Notes under the pieces: model-generated
What the model was told of the DNA's origin: nothing
The model's database searches: none
What the model saw: the letters and a program-made list of their open reading frames with translations, nothing else
Assembly (NCBI RefSeq): GCF_964355755.1
Contig: NC_092676.1
Coordinates: forward strand, 26,864,871 to 26,928,870
Reading direction: 5' to 3'
Length of the DNA: 64,000 nucleotides
Source: Antedon mediterranea
Lineage: Eukaryota > Animalia > Echinodermata
In this document: piece after piece, positions 52,101 to 64,000 of the stretch
How positions within the stretch are numbered: position 1 is the first letter of the stretch
Layout of the letters: each line of letters begins with the position of its first letter
Program-made: the position numbers and the translations under genes

Positions 52101-55100
52101 AACTTGTTGTTTTTGGCTCAAATTTTCGACTTAAAGTGAATAACTTTAATATTACTTTGATATGGCCACTTTAAATTTAGAATATTTTGACCTTCATTTT
52201 TTTGTGTTTCAAGGGACAATACATCTTTAACTCTACGATTATAAGCGCCATTGGTGAATGATACTGGGTCGTTGCTGTATATTACAACCCTTAGAAAGCA
52301 GCGACCTTTGAAACTGAATAATAATTAAATAATAAAGATTTTCTATCAATTCTTTGAGTAGTACAATTACAAATAAATATATTTTTCATTACAACTGTGG
52401 CACTTTCTCAAGAGCACTACTGGTTTTTCAGAGTGGTACTTGTATTAGATAATTTGATAATATTTACATCTTAGAATGAATACTTTTATTTGTGCAGATC
52501 TCAAAATCTTACCACTGTCGCCATATGTAATCATATTACTAAGCTGTAAAGTAAATTAAAATTTGATTAGATGTATATTATTGATTAGGGATAATGTAAT
52601 GGGATATACCATGATGTTTTACTAAGCCTTCTTGTGTTTGTTAATGAATATTGAAATACTGGCTCTTGAATAATTTTATATCACGATATTTATTTATTTC
52701 TGTCTTTATTGTGAAGACACCTTCAGTATCGTAGTACAGTACTGATATCCCTGGTGGATCACTTTAAACAAAATCAGACATACAAAATATAAACAACCAA
52801 ATTGGCAGAAATACAGTTATCATGTTTTCCTTCGCCTATTACATCCAATTAATATCCTTTATTAGATTATAAGTTTTATGATTAGTGTGTACTACCAATA
52901 AAATTTACAGTAAGTAGTGCTTACAGTATCAAGTTTTTTCTACGACTAATCATACTGTAAAGTAGTTCATATCTTTGCCATTTTATCATCCAAGGTAAGA
53001 AACCTATTTTATTATAACAATATCTAAAGTAAAGATAATTCAAAGTACTGTAAATAAATAACAATTTGAATCTTAAAACACACAATTTCTTTGTTAATTC
53101 TGACGTAACTGAATTAATACTAGACTACAAACCGCCGTAATAAATTATTGATTGTTCCAAAAGAATCCATTTGTCTTTTGTGTCGAGACTTTTTGATTGA
53201 GTTACAGAACGATCGAGTAACACGATGACTTGATATTCATTTCGCAAAATTAATCTTCAACTTGAAGGCATTTTGTTTTGATCATACTGCAGCATCTGTT
53301 GTTTAGAAATTGAAACGAGTTTAGGCTATGTTTAATTGATCTAATCTATTACCAAATTGAAAGTTTATTTTTATTCAGTGAAAAATGTAGATTTGTAGTT
53401 ACATATTGCTGTTAAGTACAAATATACCTCCTTAAGTAAACAGTTTTAATTATATTAAAGACGTAGCGAAATGAAAAGCATTGCAATGTGCTTTGATATG
53501 TGTGGAAAATACATTAACAACATAGAATTACACTTACATAGTTTTAATTGTTCAATGGAAATAATGTTTAAAACATTTGACATTCTAGTAACCTATGACC
53601 TTAGACCTGAAATGACCTTTACAATAGTCATAACCTATTTCTTTTCTGCTAATGGTAGTTAGAAGTATGGCTTTAGAACTCCTCCATGGATAAGTTTTCT
53701 GTGCATTGAATGAGAAGAAATTTTTTAACATTACGGCCAACCACTTTTGAAATTGTCCCCTATAATAGGAGCTGTAGTGTGCTAATAGTATGTGTACAGT
53801 ATATATAGTATAAAACTGACTCCAAATAACAAGAAGCAAGCCATGATGATAATCAAACAAATATCGAAACGTTGAATCATGGCTTGCGTTATTGGAGTTA
53901 GTTTTATACTATGTTATTTTAACATAATCGATTAGTGCTTCTATGGTTTTTGTATAGTACTGTATATAATAATTAGGTGTTGCTACTTTTTAACACACTA
54001 CAGTATGCCTGGAATTAAGGCAATAAAACCATGTCAAATGCTTTTAATTTATCAACTGTGAATCCAAATATCAAGTTTGTTTGTTGATGTATTTATTACG
54101 AAAACAATTTCACAATCCTTAATGATGGTGTCAGTCACAAGTACATAACATGACAGGATATTAATGCCTAGTAAATCAAACATCTATAAAACCCTGCAGC
54201 TCACGGATCTCTAGTTGAAAAAAATATCTTTCAATTAGAAATCTAGACTTGGAATCTCGAGGCCCAACTGTACAGTAAACCACAGCTTAAAATTTCCCTG
54301 CTTTTTCATGTCTTTAGGTGTTAACCTCAAAAGATGACAGAATTTTCACAACCCCCATGGCTCAATAAACAATTTGTCTACATCTACTAGACCCATGATG
54401 TAAGTTTGTATAATATGATTATGGGTACAAATATAAAAGTGATAAATTACAAATATGTAAATTAGTTTCTGAATATTATATATATTATATACCAAAACAC
54501 CTCTGTTTTTGTCATTAAATGAATTTTTTTTTAAATTTGCACAAATACTTTCCAACAGGAACAAGGAAAAATATATTATATAATAACATTTTGGCATATA
54601 ACATTTATTTTTCATTTATATACTAAACGTCTTTTGATTCATAAAAAGAATTAGTTGGATGAAATTGAAATTTTTCTATTATATTATCTGTAAATAAGAT
54701 TATTCTTAAATACTTTTCATTTCAAACATTTATAGATATTAATCATTTTTAGAATTGTAATGTGTGATGCATAGATAAACACTTATTCTTTCAAAGTGCC
54801 TTTGTTCTTTATGAACCACCATTAGCTGTGTCCTCATTCTGATACATATGTAGTTGTAATAATCACAAATTCACACATCCAACAATCAATCATGGCGTTG
54901 AATACTAATTCTCAAATAATGCCAAAATGAAATAACCGATTGAAAAATTAAATGTCATTTTAGTAATCGATGAAATAAAGAGAAATTTGGGACTTTTGTT
55001 TGACTGGATGGAATTGCTTAAAGATGTATTTTCCCTTAAAAACATGAAAAGCAAAGATTAATAATCACCTGTAATCACCTGTCTTGTCGGGCTCGTAAGT

Positions 55101-58100
55101 AGACCATACATTTCTGTATGGTACATGTCATGCCCTCCCAATTTCATCAAGTCATCACTGCATGGTTTGTTTTTTTTTTGTTTTTTTTTTTGTTTTCATT
55201 CGTTTCCTTGATTTAAATTCTTCTGCAATACACTTTATCCCATAAAAGTAAATTTGTTGTATTTTCTTTCAATGAATTTATCAAGTTTATTTTTAAAGGC
55301 GTTTTACTGTGGTGGTGTTAATGGCTTCCTCTGGTAGACTATTCCATAGGTTAACAATTCTGTAAGAAAAATTGTACTTGCGGATATCCAGTTTAGGTCG
55401 TCGCTTACTGTATATATGGTGTATCTAAGTCTTCTTAAGTTACGCATTCCACTACCACTTAGGCCTGTCACCATTTTAAAAACTTGAATCATATCTCCTC
55501 GTAATCTTCTAAAGGCCAATGTTGGTAGATTTAGTCGTAAAAAATAAAAATATTTTGAATAGGCCATTTTGCAGTTTTAATAAAGTTAATCACTTCTAAA
55601 AAGACAAAATAAACAGTTAAATTCAACCAAAAACCCATTGTCGTCCAGTTTTATCATTATTTTTTGCCTTAAATTATACCTGTATTTTTTTAGGTAAGTA
55701 ATTTTTTTCAGGTTTACTGTATGTGATGTGTTTATTTTTAACAAGCTTTTAAACTAGTTTGAAAAAAAAAGTGTGATGTACCCAAATATGGTAGTGATAC
55801 GACATCATCATGTCTATATATGGGCACATCACATTTTTTGTTGTCACATAATGTTCGATAGTGTATAAAAAATACAATGCTCTGATTTGAACGCTATTTT
55901 TAACTTTGTTTAATTCAATTAAGCTTGACATATATACTCAACATTACAGCATCATTTCCATGAATAACTGAAATTATACTTTATCTATGCTAATCGTAAA
56001 TTTATTTATATAAGTAACAGGAGGTTTTAAATAATATTAGTAAACTTCAACTTTAAGTATCTTAAAATGTACTTGGATTTTTAATTGTTAATTTCCAAAA
56101 GTCATTTTATTTCATTGTTCTACTTGTTGATATACATCATGTCTGCGATCCTTTAATTAATTTCCCTCCTATTACGCTCCCTGGAGGCCAATTATTGAAT
56201 CCATTTCGTTAAATCATCCTCGACTAGAAATTCCGAAGCATTCAGAGTTCCGGTGAATCTTCTTTGGTTTTGAAGTATTGCGATGTAGATATTTACGAAT
56301 TTCATTTTAACTTGGTATGCCATTGGCCTGTCTATTTGAGGAATGGATGTGGTGAAGACCTCAAGTTTCGTTATTGGATTTATTAATTTTTTTCTGCAAA
56401 AAAAATATTATTAGCATGACTTCAAAATAATCTTGGAATTTTTATACAAAGAATTGCATCTATCTAGATGATACTAATTTGTAAAAAATGATAACCTGTC
56501 GTACTGTGGTTCAATACATTGAAAGAGATATTTGCGTATTGGATAAACAAGATTTTCAACAGTCTTGGACAATATTTTACACCTGTAGGTGGAGAAAAAT
56601 CGGATTGCTAAACTTGAATATAACTTTTAAAAAATGCCGTCTTTGATTCTTTCTAAATGGCAAAGTTGCCGGAACGATTTTCCACGTCGCTGTAATTCAA
56701 AAAGCACTTTCTATTCAAACGTCTCAGGAAATACGATTTACCAAGGAAAGCTGAGAAGACGCAATGCATTTCGCTTTCCACGGGAACAAGTAACAGTACA
56801 GGTATAATGATGTAAACGGATGCGTTATGATGTAAACGATTCATATCGTAAACGGAAAGTTAATTTTTATAAACCCCCCTCTTTTGGTTTTACTAATTCA
56901 TGTTGTTTATCGATAATGTTTGTAACGTAAAAATAAAGTCATAAGATAATTATCGTAAACAGAAAGTTAATTTTAATAAACTTCCGTTTTAGTAAATACT
57001 AATTCATGGTAGTTTTTTATCGATTATCTTTTTAACATGAAATTAATGTCATGATAAATGTAGTTATCAAAAACTGAAAGTTACATTTTATTTTCTTTTA
57101 ATTACTGTTTTACATTATTTTACAGGAATTAAAAATATACAAAAATAAAAGTACATGTATTTTTGCTGCCAACTTCAAGCTTAGAAATTAAAAAATGAAA
57201 TTCAAATGTACAGTATTTGACGCATTTCTTTTTATCCACAAAATATCTTTCTAATTTTACTTTACTGTTTGTTTTTGCAGAATAATGACCATGATACCTC
57301 ACTTCATTTTGCTGCACAATACGGACATACTGATGTTGTTTCTTTGCTTTTGGAGGTAAAATTCTAATCATTAAATAATAATACAGTATTTATTTTGCCA
57401 ATCAATCAAATAATCTTGATTGCAATGTATATAACAATATAAGATTGGATACAAATCATATCAATACACAAAGAGTACCAAAACAGAAATACATCCAAAG
57501 TGACATAAAAAAAAGGACATTAAAAGATATTAACAAAGCATAAAATTAAAGCTAAATTAAAACATAATTATCAAACAGGGCTTTTTTTTAAATTCAAATT
57601 TTACAAAAATAAAAAACAAATTTATAAAAGAAAAGATATAAAAGGAAAGGAAAGATCAAATAGGTAATAAACACACTTTGCTAGTTGGTCAACCCCAAAA
57701 AGACAAATAAAAACAAATTCATTAATATCATTACAGTAAGTTTACAACATTGATATTAAGAAATTGACCATATTACATAAATTAGTTATTCAGACAGATT
57801 TTTAAAGAAATTATAAGTAAAATTGTGAGTCAGGAGCCATTTAATGATTAAAGATTATATAATAATAATATTTTATTCTATGGGGAAAGATATTTCATTG
57901 GTCAGTCATAAAAATCATGATTTTTATGCATGTAAGAACATGTCTGAAATTCGAAATCATCATCTATGTGAAAACTTTCCTGTGTTCAAACTCTTTTCTC
58001 TATTGGAATAAAGCTATATGTTTACACTATCAAACTAGTTTGACAAAAAAGTGTGATGTGCTCAAATATGGTAGTGATATGCCCAAATATGGTAGTGATA

Positions 58101-61100
58101 TGACATCATCTGATCATGTCCATATATAGGCCGATCACATAATTTGTCACATATGTTTGATAGTGTAGACAGAGCTTTAAATACAGTGCTGTAATCCAGT
58201 TTATTTATATGTGCGTAATAAGGGATCCAGTGATAACATTACATCTGACACACTGTACATCTGAAACAAGTTTATATCGAAGGTACATCAGCAATACAAG
58301 CTCGTACAGTAGCTAGGATTTTTGCAGGGGGTTCTTTCTTAAACAAAAGCGCAAACTATTTTAACCTACCGTAGGTTAGTTGAGCATATTTTTCTACATT
58401 TTTGCTGTTTGAAAAGGGCACTTTAGGAAAGGATGTCTTTCCCACCCCCATTGGCTACTGTACATGGGCTTGATCAGCATAAATGACAGATCTCTGGTTT
58501 GAAAAGGGCACTTCAGGAGAAGGGTCTTCCACACTCCCATTTGGCTACGAGCTTAATCAGTATAAATAACAGCACATACATAGTATATTGAATTTAATTA
58601 ATCACACACATACCTACACATGTACTGTAAATCTATGTAGGCTTAACTCTAATAATATAGATACTTTGGTTTTACCTGATTATCGACGCCTATGACGTAT
58701 CAAACATAATCTCCACTTTCTCTAATGAAATTTGATAAACATTTTAATTTCTGATAATTGGCATGCACTCTGTGCTAATTAGCGTTACATTTATTTGATA
58801 ATGGTGAACTGCGTGTCTCCAACTGCTAACATGAACCAATTGATTTTTAAATTTGTTCATTTGTAATTTATCAAATTAAATATTTGTACCCCTTGAGGCT
58901 TGCTCTCTAAGTTTGTTGACCTTTCATTGATGCTAATTGATTTTTATTAGGAATTGCAGATTCATAAAATATTTTTAATTTAAACAATCTTGGTTTTATA
59001 ATTAAACATTATTTATATTAATGTACAGTTCATCCCTCTACCTTTGCAGTATTTATTAAAAAAATAAAATAAGTATAAAGTATTAAAACACTTCCTTTGA
59101 GATACCTAGTAGACACTTTCCTGTGAAAGAAAATAGATGCAATATATGGTTTAATTTATTTATTTATATTCAGTCCGATTTGAAACCGAGGAACCTGCCA
59201 CTAATAGAATGGATTAAAAGTATTTAAAACTATATAAAATATTTTAAAACATAAAAACTTTAAAGCCCCTTCCCTACGTTTTTTAGATCTAATTTAAGAT
59301 CACAAACTATATTTAATGTAAAAATAATACTATATGGTCCTATTGTGATAACTTTTTTCGTCTTTAAACGGTTAAAAATGTGAAAAATAAGTCGATTCTA
59401 ATAATTATAGCGGCCCGCTATAAATCCCAAAATGCATTGCGCGCGGATTGATATTTTTGTTTTTCACCTGTAATTCGCCCACTTTCGATCGATCGTGAGG
59501 CCAAAACAAATGGAAGACTCCTAACTTTTCAGCGAAAATACCGGGTTTTCCCCAATTTGTATCAACGGAGTCTGGCAAAAATAGAAAGACAATTAATGCA
59601 GCAACTATACAACGTCAGGCTAGGTATGTAGCTAGCGTACGATGTTCGTACGTTACCGATGTTTACCAGCTAGGCCTACAAAACTAAGCCTAGCTAGGCT
59701 AGGCCTAAGACCGTCCACGATAGGTCGATCGCCGCGAGCTACTAGGTAGTGCATTGTTTCTCACTTTTTATCATAATTTACCATAAAACGTACATTTAAG
59801 ACAAGGAATGACATGGTTTAATGTTTTTAAGGTGATATATATGTATTATTTTCCAAAAAACGTCCAAAATTGCAGGGAAGGGGTCTTTAAACAATATCAC
59901 ATATCTTATTACAAAAGTCATTTATTTATTTTTTGGTAGCATTGACAGGGCAAAAAGGAACACATAAAAGATTACATTTAGAATTACGAGTACAGTACGA
60001 CAGCTTTAACATGAAAGGGGAACAATGAGATAAAATAACAATATACAGGAACACTCCTATTCAAGGGATACCAATGGAAACACATTTTGCTGTGTGCGTC
60101 CTCTAATAACGATAATACTATAGTCAGAAACATCTTTTTAATGATCAAAAGATCTCACAGTACATTCACCTATTTCATCCAATATTCATGATCTCCATTG
60201 AAATTTTAGCTAAAAGCTAAAAAGTTCTTTGTTTGTCTTTCCCTGATGTTTTCATTCAAACATTTTTTATTTCAAACAAATAAATGTGGTATCTTTTCCA
60301 ATTCCATTCTCATTGTCTGAACATATTGTTCTTATCTGAATGATGACCTTCCTTATAATAAAAAATATTTATTAGTTTTTTTTCTCATTTAGGTGACAGT
60401 TTGTTTTTGTTAATTTTTGTATGTTTTTTTCTATAGCGTATTAATTTCAATTTCAAATTCAATTGTCTTTTCTAACATGTAAATTTATGAGTGTTATTCC
60501 TCGGTTTAGAGGAACATTCAAATGAAAGGTGATGTCCAGAAAAACAAGTATTTTGTGATAAAGATTTAAAAGTATAAATTACAAAATAGAAAGTATAATA
60601 AAATCACTACCAACAATTTACATTAGATCTAAAACCATTAAAGGGGTTGCTAAGTGCCACCTAAAAGGAAGTTATTGGAATCAAGGTCATAGATCAAATG
60701 CAACTTCCTTATATGGTAATGAGTCTGCACTAAACTTTTGTTGCCTCATGACATATGACGATCAAAGTTCATTTACTTAGAAATGCTCATACAAACTTAA
60801 TCTACTAAATGGTTTGAACATAAAAGATGGGAAACTCCCAAGAAAATGAACGAGTTCCTTAAAATACAGTAGGAAGTCCTTTTAGAGAGAAGTGTTTATA
60901 AGTGCATATATTCACAGTTGCGAAAATTAGTTCCTAGAGATGTTGGCATGAGAAGTCCTCCTACTTATACGGAGTGAGACTACCAAACCCATACTCATTA
61001 TAATAGGAGGGGTCAAAGGGGGAAGAAACAATCAGTCCATGAGCTAGCCTAGTTGGGCCTATTTACCATCACTTCTTCTGCTGGTAGTTTGTAGTTTGAA

Positions 61101-62363
61101 AAGAGTAGTTCAGTGGCCAAGAGCAGGGCTTGGGGGCTACAGTAGCTTCTAGGTTTTCCTTCTCTCCTTGAGCAGTTTTAACTAGAAATTATATTCCACA
61201 GCAATTAAACAAAAAAATGAATGAAACTTAAAAGAAAGTAAAAAGACCACCAAGAAGATAACTGGATAAACCAAATAAAAAAAGATTTAAAAGGAAAAAA
61301 TTTACACTTTAATAGCAAGATAACAAACCATCCTGCCAAAAACAGGAAATATGGAAACAAATTATGGAAACAAATTGTGGAAAGCGTAATGTCAGAATGA
61401 CTGAAAACGTTTCAAATGATTGTATGATGAACACTGGGAAATTCTAAATTAAACTTTGCTTTCAAACTCCTAAAATCAACATAAAACATTACTTCAACTG
61501 ATTCCTACTTATAATAATACCGTACCCATATTTCTTTATGGCACATACAATTTTCAAAATAAATATTTTCATAAATCATTTTTTCCATTACATACAGACG
61601 TAATGTCTGGCATTGAAATCTTTCTGTTATGTCGTTAGGGAATACATTAAATGTTCAGTTTCTTTCATTTGATTGAAATACATTCTTGCAATCGAGGTTT
61701 CTTTTTAAACATACTTAAGATAAAAAGTGATCTTTGAAACGCTTAATAGTCGTCAATGATTGAATTCACAGTTATTTTTATCTTAGTATTGATTTTCCTA
61801 TTTTGATTATTGTAAAGTAGAGTTAATTTACGCCTGCACAGTGTTCGACCTATGATATTAGGCCTACAATCTATTTTGGGCCTTCCTAAAGCTTTGTCTA
61901 CACTGTGAAATTTTATGTGACAAAACAAACGTGATGTGCCTATATATGGACATGATGACATCATATCACACTTTTTTTGTCAAACTAGTTTGATAGTGTA
62001 GAGAGAGCTTTACAGTACCTGGATAAACCGACAATAGCCTGCTTTTCTGAGGATGACAAAAGAATGTTCTTTGAATATCCCTGTACAATAACCACACCAC
62101 ATCATTTCTTAATGATGAAGTTGCCAAACTTTTTTTTTTGCCAGAATAATGCAGATCCTGTTATCACAAATAAAAGAGCCGAGACACCGATACACTTAGC
62201 CGCACAGTATGGCCGTCTAGAAGCAGTCCAGCAACTACTACGATGCCAAAGTCTATTAGACCGTATTCCTCCCACGCACTCGTTGCTACATCTTGCCGCA
62301 CGCAATGGTCATCACCAAGTGGTCAAGCTACTATTAGACGAGGGCTGCGATATCAACCATACA
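34175..62363 (+). CDS. ANKS1B: Ankyrin repeat and SAM domain protein 1 (ANKS1A/B-like), first 5 exons; gene continues beyond window
   Basis: Exons 34175-34293 (MGKDQELLEAARTGNVAVVEKIL), 36142-36225 (GYTPLHHASLNGH), 40896-41049 (PLHLASWNGH), 57281-57355 (NNDHDTSLHFAAQYGH) and 62145-62363 (LLHLAARNGH). All phases are consistent. Likely co-ortholog of ANKS1A/B. Confidence 0.9.
34739..35502. mobile_element. Mutator(MULE)-like non-autonomous element with about 145-bp TIRs
   Basis: TIRs at about 34739-34885 and 35365-35502. 9-bp direct flank AAAATATAA at 34730-34738 and 35503-35511. Confidence 0.8.
41615..41970 (+). mobile_element. Full-length tRNA-derived SINE with Deu/Nin-like core
   Basis: A box TGGCCGAGCGG and B box GGTTCGAGGCC. 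Core TCGGATAAGGACTATAAACCGTAGGTCC...TTAAAGAACCC...TTCGAAAAAGAGTAGGGG..CCCCGGTG. A-rich tail. A tail-only copy lies at about 47005-47105. Confidence 0.8.
45413..46992. mobile_element. Harbinger-like non-autonomous transposon
   Basis: TIRs GGGCCTGTTTCTGCTGCATAA / TTATGCAGCAGAAACAGACCC, 3-bp direct flank CTA, and repeated subterminal AACCGGTT motifs. Confidence 0.8.
45914..46541. mobile_element. Long-TIR foldback element nested in the Harbinger-like element
   Basis: Diverged inverted arms of about 210 bp (45924-46135 and 46316-46540), flanked by direct repeat CGCTCGCGAA (45904-45913 and 46542-46551). Confidence 0.7.
47922..48000. repeat. 19-bp tandem repeat, 4 copies
   Basis: (ACTTAAGTATTCAAGTTAG)4, exact. 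Confidence 0.95.
49291..50219. mobile_element. Non-autonomous TIR transposon (Harbinger-like), about 930 bp
   Basis: Perfect TIRs ACGCCCGTATTCTTAAACCGGACTTTAGTCGTAGTTCGA / TCGAACTACGACTAAAGTCCGGTTTAAGAATACGGGCGT flanked by TA. Subterminal CGACTAAA/CGAACT repeats. Confidence 0.88.
50476..50517 (-). ncRNA. Minimal type I hammerhead ribozyme motif (Penelope-like element type)
   Basis: Minus strand TTGCA-CTGATGA-A-GGGC-TAGTGTT-GCCC-GAA-AGCT-C-TGCTA: full core, 4-bp stem II, palindromic AGCT stem III, short stem I. Confidence 0.65.
50748..50957 (+). mobile_element. tRNA-derived SINE
   Basis: TAGCTTGTGG A box and GAGTTCAATCC B box, body shared with 25695-26055, A tail. Confidence 0.7.
51679..52226. 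mobile_element. Kolobok-like element, longer variant
   Basis: TTAA-AGATGTATTGTCCCTT...AAGGGACAATACATCT-TTAA. Same termini as 6265-6581 but a different interior. Confidence 0.78.
55062..55540 (-). mobile_element. 3' fragment of a CR1-like LINE inserted in a Kolobok-like MITE
   Basis: RLNLPTLAFRRLRGDMIQVFK is a CR1-type ORF2 C-terminal motif. (ACAGGTGATT)2 tail. The host MITE continues on both sides (55019-55062 and 55541-55710). Confidence 0.75.
59264..59886. mobile_element. Kolobok-like non-autonomous transposon, copy 2
   Basis: Nearly identical to 20894-21517, with TTAA flanks. Confidence 0.85.
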
Positions 62364-64000
62364 GTAAGACTTATTTTTATGTCAAAGTTGAGAAAATTTG
62401 CGAAAGGGTTCGCAAGTTTCACAACTAACACTCAGACCATGGGTCTTCAGCCATTCATGCTATACCACATTTAGTAATAAACTATTTAAGTCTTAATTTT
62501 CCATCTTGTCTTTGCATAAACGGACCTGGCAGAATAATTTCAATATCCATTTTCTAAAGCTCTGTCTACACTATCAAACTAGTTTGACAAAAAGGTGTGA
62601 TGTGCCCAAATATGGTAGTGATATGCTTAAATATGATAGCAATATGACATTATCATGTCCATGAGCACATTTTTTTGTCACATAAAGTTTGATACTGATA
62701 GTGTAGACAGACCTTAACATTAATTTTTCATAATAATTCTTCATTTTGATATTTTTAGTTTATGTAGTAATTATTTGATACATTTATTTCCTATTTTGCA
62801 TTACTTTTTTCACAACTTGTCAACAGGCTAGGCTACACAATAATGAGGTATATTATTTTTTATTTATCATGCTTTTTCAGTGCAGTTGATCGTGCATATT
62901 TTATTTATATTCTGCATTTGTTGGTTATTTATGTGATTGTGTCAATTGCATATCTATTGTTATACTGTAACCTACATTTAATAGTGCCTGTGCATACAGT
63001 GTTTTTAAAATGAATTCAATAGGGATAGTTTTTAAAGGAGTTTACTGTACCTTAAATTTTTGAATATATGTATATTTGCTATGCAAGTGCTATGTATAAA
63101 TTTAAACAGTGCCATGTAAATTTGAATAGTTTGCAATTTTTACACCATTATTTTATGAATTATATGATTAAATAAAAAATTTTCAATTATTCTACTGCAT
63201 CATGAAACATTTTTATGTATTTAAACGTTTAATTTTTAAATTTAATTTTTTTCTAGTTTTCTAATGGTTGCACTTACACATTTTTATATTTCCTCTGACC
63301 AGCTTTTAATATAAAATGCATCATCAAATTTGTCAAAGATAATTTCAAGGGTATTTTTTTTAATTTTTGAAATATATATCCTTTTATAACAAGGTTAAAT
63401 TGTAAATATTAATTTCTTGAACCTTGTTCATTCAATTCTTGAACCATTGTTGCATAATTGCTTTAGATAATTTTAATTTATTTTACTCTCAGTCAAATTT
63501 GCTTAACTTTGTTTTTAATGTGGGGTATTGGACGTGGTGGCAACTTGTAAAAATATATACCATAAGTTTACTTTGTTGTGTATTACTATTAAAACTTTGA
63601 GTGGATAGCTATTCAAATATTAAGTTGTAAATCAGTTACCCAGTATGCTAAACATGTGGTACTTTCATACCCAATAGCAAAGAACTTATAACACAAGAAT
63701 CTCCTGTTCGTCCGAAGCGCGTAACAATTTCGAAAGGCATTGTGGGATAGAATAGAGCTATGGGTGGCGCCATTGTGAGCCATGGAGTAGGGCGCCCGCA
63801 TCAAATTAGAAAGTCAAAATCATAGAGGGGATCTGCTAATACTCTAGGGGGGTTAGAGTATTGACTTCCTAGTTTGGAGGGGGCGCTGCTCCATGCTGTG
63901 AAATGGCGTCGCCCAGTTTGACCTTTTAACCCTGTACTTCCGATACTGTGTTTTTAATACCTTGTTTTTTTAAATCCTGGATTTGGTTTTTCTTCAACCA

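Noticed and set aside
37412-55931. Many 60-100 aa ORFs in ANKS1 introns
   Set aside because: Low-complexity F/I/L/Y/K-rich translations of AT-rich DNA or MITEs, with no splice-phase or domain support.

Overview
AT-rich, intron-containing animal genomic DNA. It is probably from an invertebrate deuterostome such as an echinoderm, inferred from a Deu/Nin-type SINE and a Spi-like ETS gene. Six spliced genes were reconstructed by hand: a PNT + AT-hook + Spi/PU.1-like ETS factor (+, 10243-14792), CNDP2 (+, 15381-23430), HSPBP1 (-, 23958-26488), SAMM50 (+, 27070-31525, last intron GC-AG), RPL39 (-, 32161-32982) and the 5' part of an ANKS1-family ankyrin gene (+, from 34175, continuing past the window). 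Introns and intergenic DNA hold many non-autonomous transposons (Harbinger-, Kolobok-, MULE- and Helentron-like), SINEs and truncated LINEs, often nested. The best leads are the hybrid ETS architecture, a minimal Penelope-type hammerhead ribozyme, a candidate alternative first exon of ANKS1 with a PKI-like RRNA motif, and a perfect heat-shock element in the HSPBP1/SAMM50 divergent promoter. I found no prokaryote-type system or CRISPR array. Family assignments come from motifs recognised by eye, not from database searches.
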